Made by a program: the position numbers and the translations under genes
NCBI GenBank assembly: GCA_950097015.1
Contig: CATNEN010000039.1
Coordinates: forward strand, 20,584,001 to 20,648,000
Direction: 5' to 3'
Source: Macrostomum hystrix
Taxonomy: Eukaryota > Animalia > Platyhelminthes
DNA: 64,000 nucleotides
The notes under the pieces: generated by a model
Told to the model about the DNA's origin: nothing
The model's input: only the letters and a program-made list of their open reading frames with translations
The model's database searches: none
Shown here: piece by piece, positions 16,177-31,500 of the stretch
Layout of the letters: each line of letters opens with the position of its first letter
How positions within the stretch are numbered: the stretch's first letter is position 1

Positions 16177-19100
16177 ATGGGCGCTAAAAGCTGCGGCTAC
16201 CTGTGGCTTCTATTGTCAGGTGAGGCGATATTCAGGCCATTTTTTCCAATGCAGTTATACTGATTGGCTATACTGTCTAACAAAAGTTATTGTACGGTTG
16301 CTTCTGTTGCCTCTAGTATCCATAATTTCCATCCGATTCAAATGAAAATTAGTGCAAATGAAAGCTGGGAATCTCTGCAACATTTTCTGTTTCACCGTAT
16401 TTTTTTATTCTGGAGTGGCTCGGAACAGCTTGCCGTTTAGCACAGACAGGTCGAATAAAAAAAGTGACAGAATGACATAGAGCAAGCAGTCTATGGCCAA
16501 CTTTCTTCACGCGCTGACAAACTCCACAGAGTGTCTAGGAAGCCTTCTGTCGATCGATCGCTCTGTGTGTGGGGTTTGCTTTACTTCTTCACCCCAGGCG
16601 ACATGTCTATGGCCTAAACTGTCGCACACTGTATAACCCTGTGCTTCCTCGCAAAGTTCCACGACTTAAATTGCCCTTTCTGAGAGACATGCCTGTTGTG
16701 AGCCAAGAAATTCGTTGGATAATCGTTTCGCTTCGAGAGGACGCAGGCTGGTCGCTTGCGTCGGTGAAGAAAGTTGGCCATAGACTGCTTGCTCTATGTC
16801 ATTCTGTCACTTTTTTTATTCGACCTGTCTGTGCTAAACGGCAAGCTGTTCCGAGCCACTCCAGAATAAAAAAATACGGTGAAACAGAAAATGTTGCAGA
16901 CATTCCCAGCTTTCATTTGCACTAATTTTCATTTGAATCGGATGGAAATTATGGATGCTAGAGGCAACAGAAGCAACCGTACAAGAACTTTTGTTAGACA
17001 GTATATTTATTTTGTTTCTCAGTTCTATAATTATTTTGTGATTACAAGGAGCAAAACAAGCCACATAAACATTTTTTGTCTTATTAACCTTTCCTTAAAA
17101 TACTTTCTATCCTTCCTTAAACCATATTTAAAATTTTTGGTTAATAAACATTTCTCAAAACCCAACTTCTAGTCCCAACTTCTAGTCCCGACCTCAATCT
17201 AGTCCTAATCTCTAGCCCCAACCTCTAGCCCCAACCTCTAGTCCCAGCCTCTAGTCCCAACCTCTAGTCCCAACCTCTAGTCCCAACCTCTAGTCCCAGC
17301 CTCTAGTCCCAGCCTCTAGTCCTAACCTCTAGTCCTAACCTCTAGTCCCAACCTCTAGTCCCAACCTCTAGTCCTAACCTCTAGTCCCAACCTCTAGTCC
17401 CTACCTCTAGTACTAACCTCTAGTCCCTACCTCTAGTCCCTACCTCTAGTCCCAACCTCTAGTCCCAAACTCTAGTACTAACCTCTAGTCCCTACCTCTA
17501 GTACTAACCTCTAGTCCCTACCTCTAGTCCCAACCTCTAGTCCCAAACTCTAGTACTAACCTCTAGTCCCTACCTCTAGTACTAACCTCTAGTCCCTACC
17601 TCTAGTCCCTACCTCTAGTACTAACCTCTAGTCCCATTCCCAACCTCTAGTCCCAACCTCTTAATCCCGACCTCTAGTCCCAACCTCTAGTCCCAACCTC
17701 TTAATCCCAACCTCTAGTCCCAACCTCTTAATCCCAACCTCTAGTCCCAACCTCTAGTCCCAACCTCTAGTCCCAACCTCTTAATCCCGACCTCTAGTCC
17801 CAACCTCTAGTCCCAACCTCTTAATCCCAAAGTCCCAACCTCTAGTCCCAACCTCTAGTCCCAACCTCTAGTCCCAACCTCTAGTCCCAACCTCTAGTCC
17901 CAACCTCTAGTCCCAACCTCTAGTACTAACCTCTAGTCCCTACCTCTAGTCCCAACCTCTAGTACTAACCTCTAGTCCCTACCTCTAGTCCCAACCTCTA
18001 GTCCCAACCTCTAGTCCCAACCTCTAGTCCCAACCTCTAGTCCCAACCAAATTAATTTATACAATTTCAGGTGCTTTGTTGTTTTGTGGCGACGCAAAGT
18101 TGTCGAAATATGGGCCCGAAGAGTTCGACGACCTTCTAGTAAGTATTTTATAAATCGAACTGATTTCTCTAACAAAGCAATTTTACCATTCAACAAGATT
18201 AGCACACTCCAAAACTTGCTAACCCCACTCTAAACCCCAGCTCGCCATGGTATCGTGGAATTCAACAGTGAATTACCAGGAAGACCACAGCTTTGTTGAG
18301 ATGGAACTCTGGTGGAATACGACTGAGCAGCAGGCAAACGGAACGGCTGTTTGCTTACATCTGACGACTGTTGTGTCAAACAATGAAATGTTCGTCATCG
18401 ACTGCACCGACATTCGGCAGTGAGTTAAATTACCATCGCGTGGTTTTTGTCTGTCCAAGATTTTCACTTAGTATCCTATGAATACCAGAAGCATTCACAC
18501 ACCAGATACCGGGTGTCAGGGTGGTACAGTAGATTATACACCAGATACTGGGTGTCAGGGCGGTACAGTAGATTACACACCAGATACTGGGGTGTCAGGG
18601 TGGTACAGTAGATTACACACCAGATACTGGGTGTCAGAGTGGGGCATAAGATGACGCACCAGATACTGGGTGTCAGGGTGGTACAGTAGCTTATACACCA
18701 GATACTGGGTGTCAGAGTGGGGCATAAGATGACGCACCAGATACTGGGTGTCAGGGTGGGGCATAAGATGACGCACCAGATACTGGGTGTCAGGGTGGTA
18801 CAGTAGATTATACACCAGATACTGGGGTGTCAGGGTGGTAGAGTAGATTATACACCAGATACTGGGTGTCAGAGTGGGGCATAAGATGACGCACCAGATA
18901 CTGGGTGTCAGGGTGGTACAGTAGCTTATACACCAGATACTGGGTGTCAGAGTGGGGCATAAGATGACGCACCAGATACTGGGTGTCAGGGTGGGGCATA
19001 AGATGACGCACCAGATACTGGGTGTCAGGGTGGTACAGTAGATTATACACCAGATACCGGGTGTCAGGGTGGTACAGTTGATTATACACCAGATACCGGG

Positions 19101-22100
19101 TGTCTGGGTGCTTAGCATTTTAGAGTGCATACTATATTTACATTTAAACACATTTACAGCTCTTCTAGCAGCGAACAATTTCTGTTTTAGCAGAGAAAAA
19201 TGTCCCCCTTTAGCCAATAACAATGTCCCCATCTAGCCGAGAACAATGTCCCTCAGCAGGAAATTATTATACTCCTTTTAGCAACAAACCAAAAGATTTC
19301 TCCGCATCAGAGATTCAAACTCGGGTCAATTAAATTTGCCTATCCTTGCCCCAGGTCCTTACAATACGGCTGTTCCGCCTATTGATAAGGGAGTCGACGA
19401 AACTGCCGACTCCCTTATTAGAGTAACTGCTGAGTGTAACGATTTAAATTGTACTGAAGTATGAACATTCTATCACTTATAGTTGAAGCTTTGTGCACTT
19501 TTTCAAATCAATTAAATCACTGGCCAATGAGCAATTATTCTTGTACGCAATTCAAACTCAGCCTGCCCATTACGCGCGGGTGAGAAAATTCACACATGCA
19601 ACTAATTCAAATTAACTAATTTTTAACACCTGCAGGGACAATCAGTCCTATCAGCATCGAGCACTGCTAGAGTCCACAAAAGTCACATCACCCCAAGCTA
19701 TTGTCAACCTCCTGACTGATCGACTGCGTCCAGTCAGAGCGGTGGTCAGAATCAAAGGTGTGTTATATTATGCTTGCTTAATATTGCGAATCACCTTTGG
19801 CAGTTTTACCTTTATTGATCATTAGCTATTGTAGCCATTTCACAATATTTCACAAGCCTTCTTTATCTCGATTATTGGGAGATTTTGAAAGTTGGGATAT
19901 TTTGAAAGTTGGGATACTTTGAAAGTTGGGATATTTTGAAAGTTGGGATATTTTGAAAGTTGGGATATTTTGATAGTTGGGATACTTTGAAAGTTAAGAT
20001 ATTTTGAAAGTTGGGATATTTTGATAGTTGGGATATTTTGATAGTTGGGATATTTTGATAGTTGGGATATTTTGATAGTTGGGATATTTTGATAGTTGGG
20101 ATATTTTGAAAGTTGGGATATTTTGAAAGTTGGGATATTTTGATAGTTGGGATATTTTGCTTATCGCGAGATTATTAAGGCTAGTATAATTTTTAGTTAT
20201 TTAAAACTAGCATGTTTTGCCCCCCTTCGGGGAGCAGAAATATTTTTAATTCGTCTTGTATATACTTTTTAGCAGCTTTCAGCTTTAGCTTTAGCTTCAG
20301 CTTTATTACTTTCAGCTTTTTTAAGCTACAATGATAACCAAGTTGACAATGATAACCAAGTTGACAATGATAACCAAGTTGACAATGATAACCAAGTTGA
20401 CAATGATAACCAAGTTGACAATGATAACCAAGTTGACAATGATAACCAAGTTGACAATGATAACCAAGTTGACAATGATAACCCAGTTGACAATGATAAC
20501 CCAGTTGACAATGATCCCCCAGTTGACAATGATCCCCCAGATGACAATGATACCCCAGTTGACAATGATCCCTCAGTTGACAATGATAACCAAGTTGACA
20601 ATGATCACCCAGTTGACAATGATCCTCTAGTTGACAATGATCCCCCAGTTGACAATGATCCCCCAGTTGACAATGATCACCCAGTTGACAATGATCCCCC
20701 AGTTGACAATGATCCCCCAGTTGACAATGATCCCCCAGTTGACAATGATACCCCAGTTGACAATGATTCCCCAGATGACAATGATACCCCAGATGACAAT
20801 GAACCCCAGTTGACAATGATCCCCCAGTTGACAATGATCCCCCAGATGACAATGATACCCCAGTTGACAATGATCCCCCAGTTGACAATGATAACCAAGT
20901 TGACAATGATAACCCAGTTGACAATGAACCCCAGTTGACAATGATCCCTCAGTTGACAATGATCCCTCAGATGACAATGAACCCCAGTTGACAATGATCA
21001 CCCAGTTGACAATGATACCCCAGTTGACAATGATCCCCCGGTTGGCCATGATCCCCCAGTTGACAATGATCCCCCAGTTGACAATGATCCCCCAGTTGAC
21101 AATGATCACCCAGTTGACAATGATCCCCCAGTTGACAATGATCCCCCAGTTGACAATGATACCCCAGTTGACAATGATACCCCAGTTGACAATGATCCCC
21201 CAGATGACAATGATACCCCAGATGACAATGAACCCCAGTTGACAATGATCCCCCAGTTGACAATGATCCCCCAGATGACAATGATCACCCAGTTGACAAT
21301 GATCCCCCAGTTGACAATGATCCCCCAGTTGACAGTGATCCCCCAGTTGACAATGATACCCCAGTTGACAATGATCCCCCAGATGACAATGATCCCCCAG
21401 TTGGCCATGATCCTCTAGTTGACAATGATCCCCCAGTTGACAATGATAACCAAGTTGACAATGATAACCCAGTTGACAATGATCCCCCAGATGAAAATGA
21501 TCCCCCAGTTGACAATGATACCCCAGTTGACAATGATCCCCCAGTTGGCCATGATCACCCAGTTGACAATGATCACCCAGTTGACAATGATCACCCAGTT
21601 GACAATGATCCGCCAGTTGACAATGATCCGCCAGTTGACAATGATCCCCCAGTTGACAATGATCACCCAGTTGACAATGATCACCCAGTTGACAATGATC
21701 CGCCAGTTGACAATGATACCCCAGTTGACAATGATCCCCCAGATGACAATGATACCCCAGTTGACAATGATACCCCAGTTGACAATGATCCCCCAGATGA
21801 CAATGATCCGCCAGTTGACAATGATCCCCCAGTTGACAATGATCACCCAGTTGACAATGATCACCCAGTTGACAATGATCCGCCAGTTGACAATGATCCC
21901 CCAGTTGACAATGATCACCCAGTTGACAATGATACCCCAGTTGACAATGATCCCCCAGATGACAATGATACCCCAGTTGACAATGATACCCCAGATGACA
22001 ATGATACCCCAGTTGACAATGATACCCCAGTTGACAATGATCCCCCAGATGACAATGATCACCCAGTTGACAATGATCCCCCAGTTGACAATGATCCCCC

Positions 22101-25078
22101 AGTTGACAATGATCACCCAGTTGACAATGATACCCCAGTTGACAATGATCACCCAGTTGACAATGATCCCCCAGTTGACAATGATCCCCCAGTTGACAAT
22201 GATCCCCCAGTTGACAATGATCCCCCAGATGACAATGAACCCCAGTTGACAATGATCCCTCAGTTGACAATGATCCCTCAGATGACAATGAACCCCAGTT
22301 GACAATGATCACCCAGTTGACAATGATACCCCAGTTGACAATGATCCCCCGGTTGGCCATGATCCCCCAGTTGACAATGATCCCCCAGTTGACAATGATC
22401 CCCAAGTTTAAAATTTCGATACATAAAAAAATTTTGGTAATGAAAAACTTTTGTATCATTTTAATTACCTTTTGAATCAAATTCACCGATTTTTTCAGTA
22501 AATGGTGAAAATTTCGCTTTGATGAAGTTCGACTTAAACAATTGTGAGTACTTTTTAAGCGTTTGAAATTTCACTGGCATCAATGTTCAGACTGCATACA
22601 ACCCATTTTTATATCATTTCAGGCATCAACTTCTATCGAGTGTTCAATTTGAACTTCCAAGTCTCATTAAGCCATATTTTAAAGGTAAAACTACTTCACT
22701 GAATACTAGATCGTATTGCAAATCAGAATATTCGAGTTGAACTGGCTCACATTTTAATAAACCTTGAAATATTGGAAAACAGATCACAACTGAAGCACTC
22801 TATGGTAGAAAAGCAATGCTGGATGACAACCGCTCAGCAATCTACCTGCACCAGCGACTTCAGCGTCACAGTGGAGAGAGCTGTTCAACAACTGACAGCA
22901 GCGGAGGAGCAGTCTCGGCTGATGGACGACGGCGAAACGTGCGAAGCTTCAGGGCGAAGCGAGCGGTAAACACTCCAGACGGCAGCCTGATGTCAGAAAC
23001 TACAGGGACTCCAGACGGCAGCCTGATGTCAGAAACTACAGGGACTCCAGACGGCAGCCTGATGTCAGAAACTACAGGGACTCCAGACGGCAGCCTGATG
23101 TCAGAAACTACAGGGACTCCAGACGGCAGCCTGATGTCAGAAACTACAGGGACTCCAGACGGCAGCCTGATGTCAGAAACTACAGGGACTCCAGACAGCA
23201 ACCCGATGCAAGGACGCAGAGATGCGTCAACCACGACGCCAATTAATCTGTCTACTCAATCGTCTAGCAACTCGCCTGTTAGTTCAACTGGCGCATCTAC
23301 TTTGGACGTAGTTATGCAAGAAGAATCTACAGACACGCCATACACTTCTTCGACTAGCGCAGTGGACACTCCTTCTCTATTAGATATTGTGACACCAACG
23401 ACTTCAACTGATTCTTCGAGTAGCACAATGGACTCTCCTCCTCTATTAGATATTGTGACACCAACGACTTCAACTGATTCTTCGACTAGCACAATGGACT
23501 CTCCTCCTCTATTAGATACTGTGACACCAACGACTTCAACTGATTCTTCGAGTAGCACAATGGACTCTCCTCCTCTATTAGATACTGTGACACCAACGAC
23601 TTCAACTGATTCTTCGAGTAGCACAATGGACTCTCCTCCTCTATTAGATACTGTGACACCAACGACTCCAACGACACTAATAGGTACAGGCAGAAATCAA
23701 AGTCAGTTTTTGTTAATATTTCATTGGACATCTACGATTAATTACTGTGCTAAAAAGGAAATCAGGAAACATAAAGTTAAAATATAGATTTTGAAATTAC
23801 ATTAACACTCTCCCTCACTACCTGGCATCTTCTCTCATTACCTGCTACCTTTCCTCACTGCCTGACACCTGAGGACACATTTCCTTACTGCCTGACACAT
23901 TTCCTCACTGCCTGACACCTGAGGACACATTTCCTCACTGCCTGACACCTGAGGACACATTTCCTTACTGCCTGACACCTGAGGACACATTTCCTTACTG
24001 CCTGACACCTGAGGACACATTTCCTCACTGCCTGACACCTGAGGACACATTTCCTCACTGCCTGACACCTGAGGACACATTTCCTTACTGCCTGACACCT
24101 GAGGACACATTTCCTCACTGCCTGACACCTGAGGACACATTTCCTCACTGCCTGACACCTGAGGACACATTTCCTTACTGCCTGACACATTTCCTCACTG
24201 CCTGACACCTGAGGACACATTTCCTCACTGCCTGACACCTGAGGACACATTTCCTCACTGCCTGACACCTGAGGACACATTTCCTCACTGCCTGACACCT
24301 GAGGACACATTTCCTTACTGCCTGACACATTTCCTTACTGCCTGACACCTGAGGACACATTTCCTCACTGCCTGACACCTGAGGACACATTTCCTCACTG
24401 CCTGACACCTGAGGACACATTTCCTCACTGCCTGACACCTGAGTACACATTTCCTCACTGCCTGACACCTGAGGACACATTTCCTCACTGCCTGACACCT
24501 GAGGACACATTTCCTCACTGCCTTTGTTATCTTGCAAATCCAATTTGATATTAAACAGTATATTTGCTCGCCCTTAGCCCTTGCAGATTGCCCCTACCTG
24601 ACCACGATTACTCGACGCAATTTCACCATTCTGCTGAGCATCCGGGATATGGCCGCCATGTCCCAGCTTGACGGGTTGACCAATGAACAGCTGATCGATA
24701 CGGTTGAAAATGTCCTGGAGGCTTCATTAAACGACAGCGCCTACCTTCTTACTGGCCGCTACAACCCTAGCGTCAACCGCGTGCTCATCGGCCACAACCA
24801 TATGGTGGTGCTCGTCAGCCTGGAGAAGGACCAGAATCTGCGACCTGGCCAGCCAGACACTGCCAGATTCAACCTGCCTGACAGCTTCTTGAGAAAACTG
24901 GCCACGGTCTGGCGGATTGACCTGCCCGGATCCGCATTCAACTCAATGAGTGAGTCAGACAGCACTTGTACGGCCTTAGTCTCTGCCTCAACCTGACTCT
25001 GTCTCGGGTTGCCCAATGACTTTCACACTTACTCTCACTCACACTCTGACTGTCAGTGTCACAGTCACTCTCACTCTG

Positions 25079-25110
<32 letters not shown>

Positions 25111-25122
25111 AGTCAGTGTCAG

Positions 25123-25172
<50 letters not shown>

Positions 25173-25212
25173 GCACTCTCACTCTCACTCTCACTCTCAC
25201 TGTCAGTGTCAG

Positions 25213-25247
<35 letters not shown>

Positions 25248-25331
25248 GTCTCAGTCTCAGTCTCAGTCTCAAACTAACTCTCACTCTCAGTCTCAAGCTC
25301 ACTCTCACTCTCACTCTCACTCGCACTCTCG

Positions 25332-25364
<33 letters not shown>

Positions 25365-25365
25365 G

Positions 25366-25419
<54 letters not shown>

Positions 25420-25458
25420 GACTCTCACTCTCACTCTCACTCTCACAGTCAGTGTCAG

Positions 25459-25519
<61 letters not shown>

Positions 25520-25536
25520 CTCACTCTCACTGTCAG

Positions 25537-25573
<37 letters not shown>

Positions 25574-28500
25574 CTCACTCTCACTGTCAGTCTCACTCTC
25601 ACTTTCACTCTCACTCTCACTCTCACTGCCACACATGCTCACACCCTGACTCATGGAAAATGATAACCTTCTTTTTGTGACATAAAAGTTCCCCTTATTA
25701 TTCAAGGTATGTCAGTTCCCGGACCGGACATCTGCGAAATCAAAACCTGTCCTTATTTGCTGGAGAATAAGATACGAATTGAGCTTAGTACTTCTATCGA
25801 ATTGTGGGAGGCCCAGAGCCAGCAACTGAAAAGTGCGACTGCGTTGAACAACTCGGTGGAATTGCTGGTGAGTCACAACTCATACCCGCTGAATGCAGTT
25901 GACGCTGATGTAATACAATGAACCATGAGACCACATTTATTTCCAGGTGCACTTCCTGCTCGAGAATGGCAATTACTATCATACCAGGCATCATGTGAAC
26001 AACTCCTTCAAGCTGGAGCTAGTTGGCAAGAGTTTACTAGTCGAAGCTCACCTTGACCTATGGATCACCGCCAATAACGAGCACCCCAACTCAACAGTAC
26101 TGGAGCAGAACTTTAATCATAACTTTATTCACTACCTAGAAACTCATTCACCCGGTGACTCACCCTACATGAAGCTTAACTATGTCAACATCACAGGTAA
26201 GGCCTTTTACTCAGAACAGCACATACTCAGGACAGCACATACTCAGGACAGCACATACTCAGGACAGCACATACTCAGGACAGCACATACTCAGGACAGC
26301 ACATACTCAGGACAGCACATACTCGGGACAGCACATGCTCAGGACAGCACATACTCAGAACAGCACATACTCAGGACAGCACATACTCAGGACAGCACAT
26401 ACTCAGGACAGCACAAACTCAGGACAGCACAAACTCAGGACAGCACATACTCAGGACAGCACATACTCAGGACAGCACATACTCAGGACAGCACATACTC
26501 AGGACAGCACATACTCAGGACAGCACATACTCAGGATAGCACATACTCAGGACAGCACATACTCAGGACAGCACATACTCAGGACAGCACATACTCAGGA
26601 CAGCACATACTCAGGACAGCACATACTCAGGACAGCACATACTCAAGACCGCACATACTCAGGACAGCACATACTCAGGACAGCACATACTCAAGACCGC
26701 ACATACTCAGGACAGCACATACTCAGGACAGCACATACTCAGGACAGCACATACTCAGGACAGCACATACTCAGCACATACACATACACATACATACGTA
26801 GACAGAGTAAGTGGGTGACAGACTGTGAGAGTGGGTGACAGACTGTGAGAGTGGGTGACAGACTGTGAGAGTGGGTGACAGAATGTGAGAGTGGGTGACA
26901 GACTGAGAGAGTGGGTGACAGACTGAGAGAGTGGGTGACAGACTGTGAGAGTGGATGACAGACTGTGAGAATAGATAAGAGACTGTGAGAGTGGGTGACA
27001 GACTGTGACAATATGTTACAGACTGTTAGAATAACTGAGAGATTGTGATTATAGGTAAAAGACTGAGAATAGATGTGTGAGAGACTTAGAATAGATGTGT
27101 GAGAGACTTAGAATAGATGTGTGAGAGACTTAGAATAGGTGTGAGAGACTTAGAATAGGTGTGAGAGACTGAGAATAGAGGTGTGAGAGACTGAGAATAG
27201 GTGTGAGAGGCTGAGAATAGGTGTGAGAGACTGAGAATAGGTGTGAGAGACTGAGAATAGCTGTGAGAGACTGAGAATAGGTGTGAGAGACTGAGAATAG
27301 GTGTGAGAGACTGAGAATAGATGTGTGAGAGACTTAGAATAGGTGTGAGAGGCTGAGAATAGGTGTGAGAGACTGAGAATAGGTGTGAGAGACTGAGAAT
27401 ATCTGTGAGAGACTGAGAATAGGTGTGAGAGACTGAGAATAGGTGTGAGAGACTGAGAATAGGTGTGAGAGACTGAGAATAGCTGTGAGAGACTGAGAAT
27501 AGGTGTGAGAGACTGAGAATAGAGGTGTGAGAGACTGAGAATAGAGGTGTGAGAGACTGAGAATAGAGGTGTGAGAGACTGAGAATAGGTGTGAGAGACT
27601 GAGAATAGGTGTGAGAGACTGAGAATAGAGGTGTGAGAGACTGAGAATAGGTGTGAGAGACTGAGAATAGAGGTGTGAGAGACTGAGAATAGAGGTGTGA
27701 GAGACTGAGAATAGGTGTGAGAGACTGAGAATAGGTGTGAGAGACTGAGAATAGGTGTGAGAGACTGAGAATAGAGGTGTGAGAGACTGAGAATAGGTGT
27801 GAGAGACTGAGAATAGAGGTGTGAGAGACTGAGAATAGGTGTGAGAGACTGAGAATAGAGGTGAGAGACTGAGAATAGGTGTGAGAGACTGAGAATAGAG
27901 GTGTGAGAGACTGAGAATAGGTGTGAGAGACTGAGAATAGGTGTGAGAGACTGAGAATAGCTGTGAGAGACTGAGAATAGAGGTGAGAGACTGAGAATAG
28001 AGGTGTGAGAGACTGAGAATAGAGGTGTGAGAGACTGAGAATAGAGGTGTGAGAGACTGAGAATAGGTGTGAGAGACTGAGAATAGGTGTGAGAGACTGA
28101 GAATAGAGGTGTGAGAGACTGAGAATAGGTGTGAGAGACTGAGAATAGAGGTGTGAGAGACTGAGAATAGGTGTGAGAGACTGAGAATAGGTGTGAGAGA
28201 CTGAGAATAGAGGTGTGAGAGACTGAGAATAGGTGTGAGAGACTGAGAATAGAGGTGTGAGAGACTGAGAATAGGTGTGAGAGACTGAGAATAGAGGTGT
28301 GAGAGACTGAGAATAGGTGTGAGAGACTGAGAATAGAGGTGTGAGAGACTGAGAATAGGTGTGAGAGACTGAGAATAGAGGTGTGAGAGACTGAGAATAG
28401 GTGTGAGAGACTGAGAATAGAGGTGTGAGAGACTGAGAATAGGTGTGAGAGACTGAGAATAGGTGTGAGAGACTGAGAATAGGTGTGAGAGACTGAGAAT

Positions 28501-31500
28501 AGCTGTGAGAGGCTGAGAATAGGTGTGAGAGACTGAGAATAGAGGTGTGAGAGACTGAGAATATAGGTGTGAGAGACTGAGAATATAGGTGTGAGAGACT
28601 GAGAGTGGGTGACCGACTATAAGAATAGATGATAGTAGGTGACAGACTGTGGAACTCAGATACTGTGAGTCCATGTTTGCTCTATGATTTCAAAGCCATA
28701 ATTCACATTCGCCCTGCCCGCACAGTGACTCCCATCATCCTTGCCTGCATGGACTACCTTGAAGAGTTGCCCTACAAGGATCGCAAATACTTTTCCTACT
28801 CTGCGGACTTAAGCCTCAGTTCTCCTCAGCCGCACCTGCTCGAGAAAGCTATCTACTACACGGCCACGTGTGAGACCAGTTTGGTGCATCGCCTGCCATT
28901 CCTGCAGTTGGAGAACAACATTAGCGCCGTGCCGAAAGAGCATCAAAACATGGTCCTGCTCTCGTGAGTTCTCTGCTTGTCTGGCCTGGGACTGGTTGAA
29001 ACGGCCTCTAACTCTCCTCACTCACCACCATCCAGTACCGTCCAGTACCATCCAGTACCATCCTGCAGTACCATCCATTAACATCCATTAACATCCAGTA
29101 CCATCCAGTACCATCCATAAATATCGAGTACCATCCATTAACATCCATCAATATCCTGTACCATCCATTAACATCCATCAATATCCTGTACCATCCATTA
29201 ACATCCATCAATATCCTGTACCATCCATTAACATCCATCAATATCCTGTACCATCCATTAACATCCATCAATATCCTGTACCATCCATTAACATCCATCA
29301 ATATCCAGTACCATCCATTAACATCCATCAATATCCTGTACCATCCATTAACATCCATCAATATCCTGTACAATCCATTAACATCCATCAATATTCAGTA
29401 CCATCCATTAACATCCATCAATATCCTGTATCATCCATTAACATCCATCAATATCCAGTACCATCCATTACCATCCATCAATATCCAGTACCATCCATTA
29501 ACATCCATCAATATCTTGTACCATCCATTAACATCCATCAATATCCTGTACCATCCATTAACATCCATCAATATCCAGTACCATCCATTAACATCCATCA
29601 ATATCCATTACCATCCATTAACATCAATCAATATCCAGTACCATCCATTACCATCCATCAATATCCAGTACCATCCATTACACCATCCATCAATATCCTG
29701 TACCATCCATTAACATCCATCAATATCCTGTACCATCCATTAACATCCATCAATATCCAGTACCATCCATTACCATCCATCAATATCCAGTACCATCCAT
29801 TTACATCCATCAATATCCAGTACCATCCAGTACCATCCAGTACCATCCAGTACCATACTGCAGTACCATCCATTAACATCCATTAACATCCATTAACGTC
29901 CATTATTATCCAGTACCATCCATTAACATCCATCAATATCCAGTACCATCCATTAACATCCATGAATATCCAGTACCATCCATTAACATCCATCAATATC
30001 CTGTACCATCCATTAACATCCATCAATATTCAGTACCATCCATTAACATCCATCAATATCCAGTACCATCCATTAACATCCATCAATATCCTGTACCATC
30101 CATTAACATCCATCATTATCCTGTACCATCCATTAACATCCATCAATATTCAGTACCATCCATTAACATCCATCAATATCCAGTACCATCCATTAACATC
30201 CATCAATATTCAGTACCATCCATTAACATCCATTATTATCCAGTACCATCCATTAACATCCATCATTATCCAGTACCATCCATTTACATCAATTTTTATT
30301 CCCGGTTTAAATAACCTACTTCGCACTACTTTCGCTCTCTAAACTCTTGTGGCACAGTAATATCTCCTTCGTACCTGAACGAGACGAAGCTTCTCTGAAC
30401 ATTCGATCGCTGTTCCTCGTGAAGTCCGCCCGGCCCGGCAGTTTCATCCGAGACACCTTCGGCCAATTCGTTAGCGACGATGCCGGCTTTCGTCGCTGGC
30501 TGGGTCGCAATGCTACTTTGGAAAATGTTGCGTTCGATGGTGAGTGCTTTTATAATGTGATATCCTGAGATTGAGATTGAGATACTAGTAAAACAGTGGG
30601 GAGATAGACAGAGTGGAGATTGACAGGGTGGAGATTGACAGGGTGGAGATTAACAGGCGGGAGATTAACAGGCTGGAGATTAACAGGCTGGAGATTGACA
30701 GGCTGGAGATTGACAGCGTGAAGGTTGACAGGGTAGAGATAGACAGGGTGGAGATTGACAGGGTGGAGATTGACAGGGTGGAGATTGACAGTGGTGGAGA
30801 TTGACAGGGTGGAGATTGACAGGGTGGAGATTGACAGGGTGGAGATTGACAGGTGGAGATTGACAGGGTGGAGATTGACAGGGTGGAGATTGACAGGGTG
30901 GAGATTGACAGGGTGGAGATTGACAGTGGGGAGATAGACAGGGTGGAGATAGACAGGGTGGAGATAGACAGGGTGGAGATTGACAGGGTGGAGATTAACA
31001 GGCTGGAGATTAACAGGCTGGAGATTGACAGGCTGGAGATTGACAGCGTGAAGGTTGACAGGGTAGAGATAGACAGGGTGGAGATTGACAGTGGTGGAGA
31101 TTGACAGGGTGGAGATTGACAGGGTGGAGATTAACAGGATGGAGATTGACAGGCTGGAGATTACCGGGCTGGAGATTGACAGCGTGAAGGTTGACAGGGT
31201 AGAGATAGACAGGGTGGAGATTGACAGGCTGGAGATTGACAGGATGGAGATTGACAGGGTGGAGATTGACAGGGTGGAGATAGACAGGGTGGAGATTGAC
31301 AGGGTGGAGATTGACAGGTTGGAGATAGATATTATATTTACTTTTTTATTACTTTCTGTTTTAGTAGAAGACGCTAAAAATATGTTATTCTTGATGACAA
31401 GTAATTTTAAAAGAAATCTTTTTTGCTTACTAACTGTTTCTAATTTTCGCGATAGTAACCTTGAAAAAAACCTAACTGAAATTCTGAATTAGCATGAACT

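Noticed and set aside
19282-19422. Two extra small exons separated by a 30-nt intron, or TAA readthrough
   Set aside because: Phase-compatible, but it needs a weak GTCAAT donor and an intron far below the local ~80-nt minimum. Part of it resembles a repeat at ~4222, and exon 18241-18419 already joins 19636 in frame. No other in-frame stops suggest an altered genetic code.
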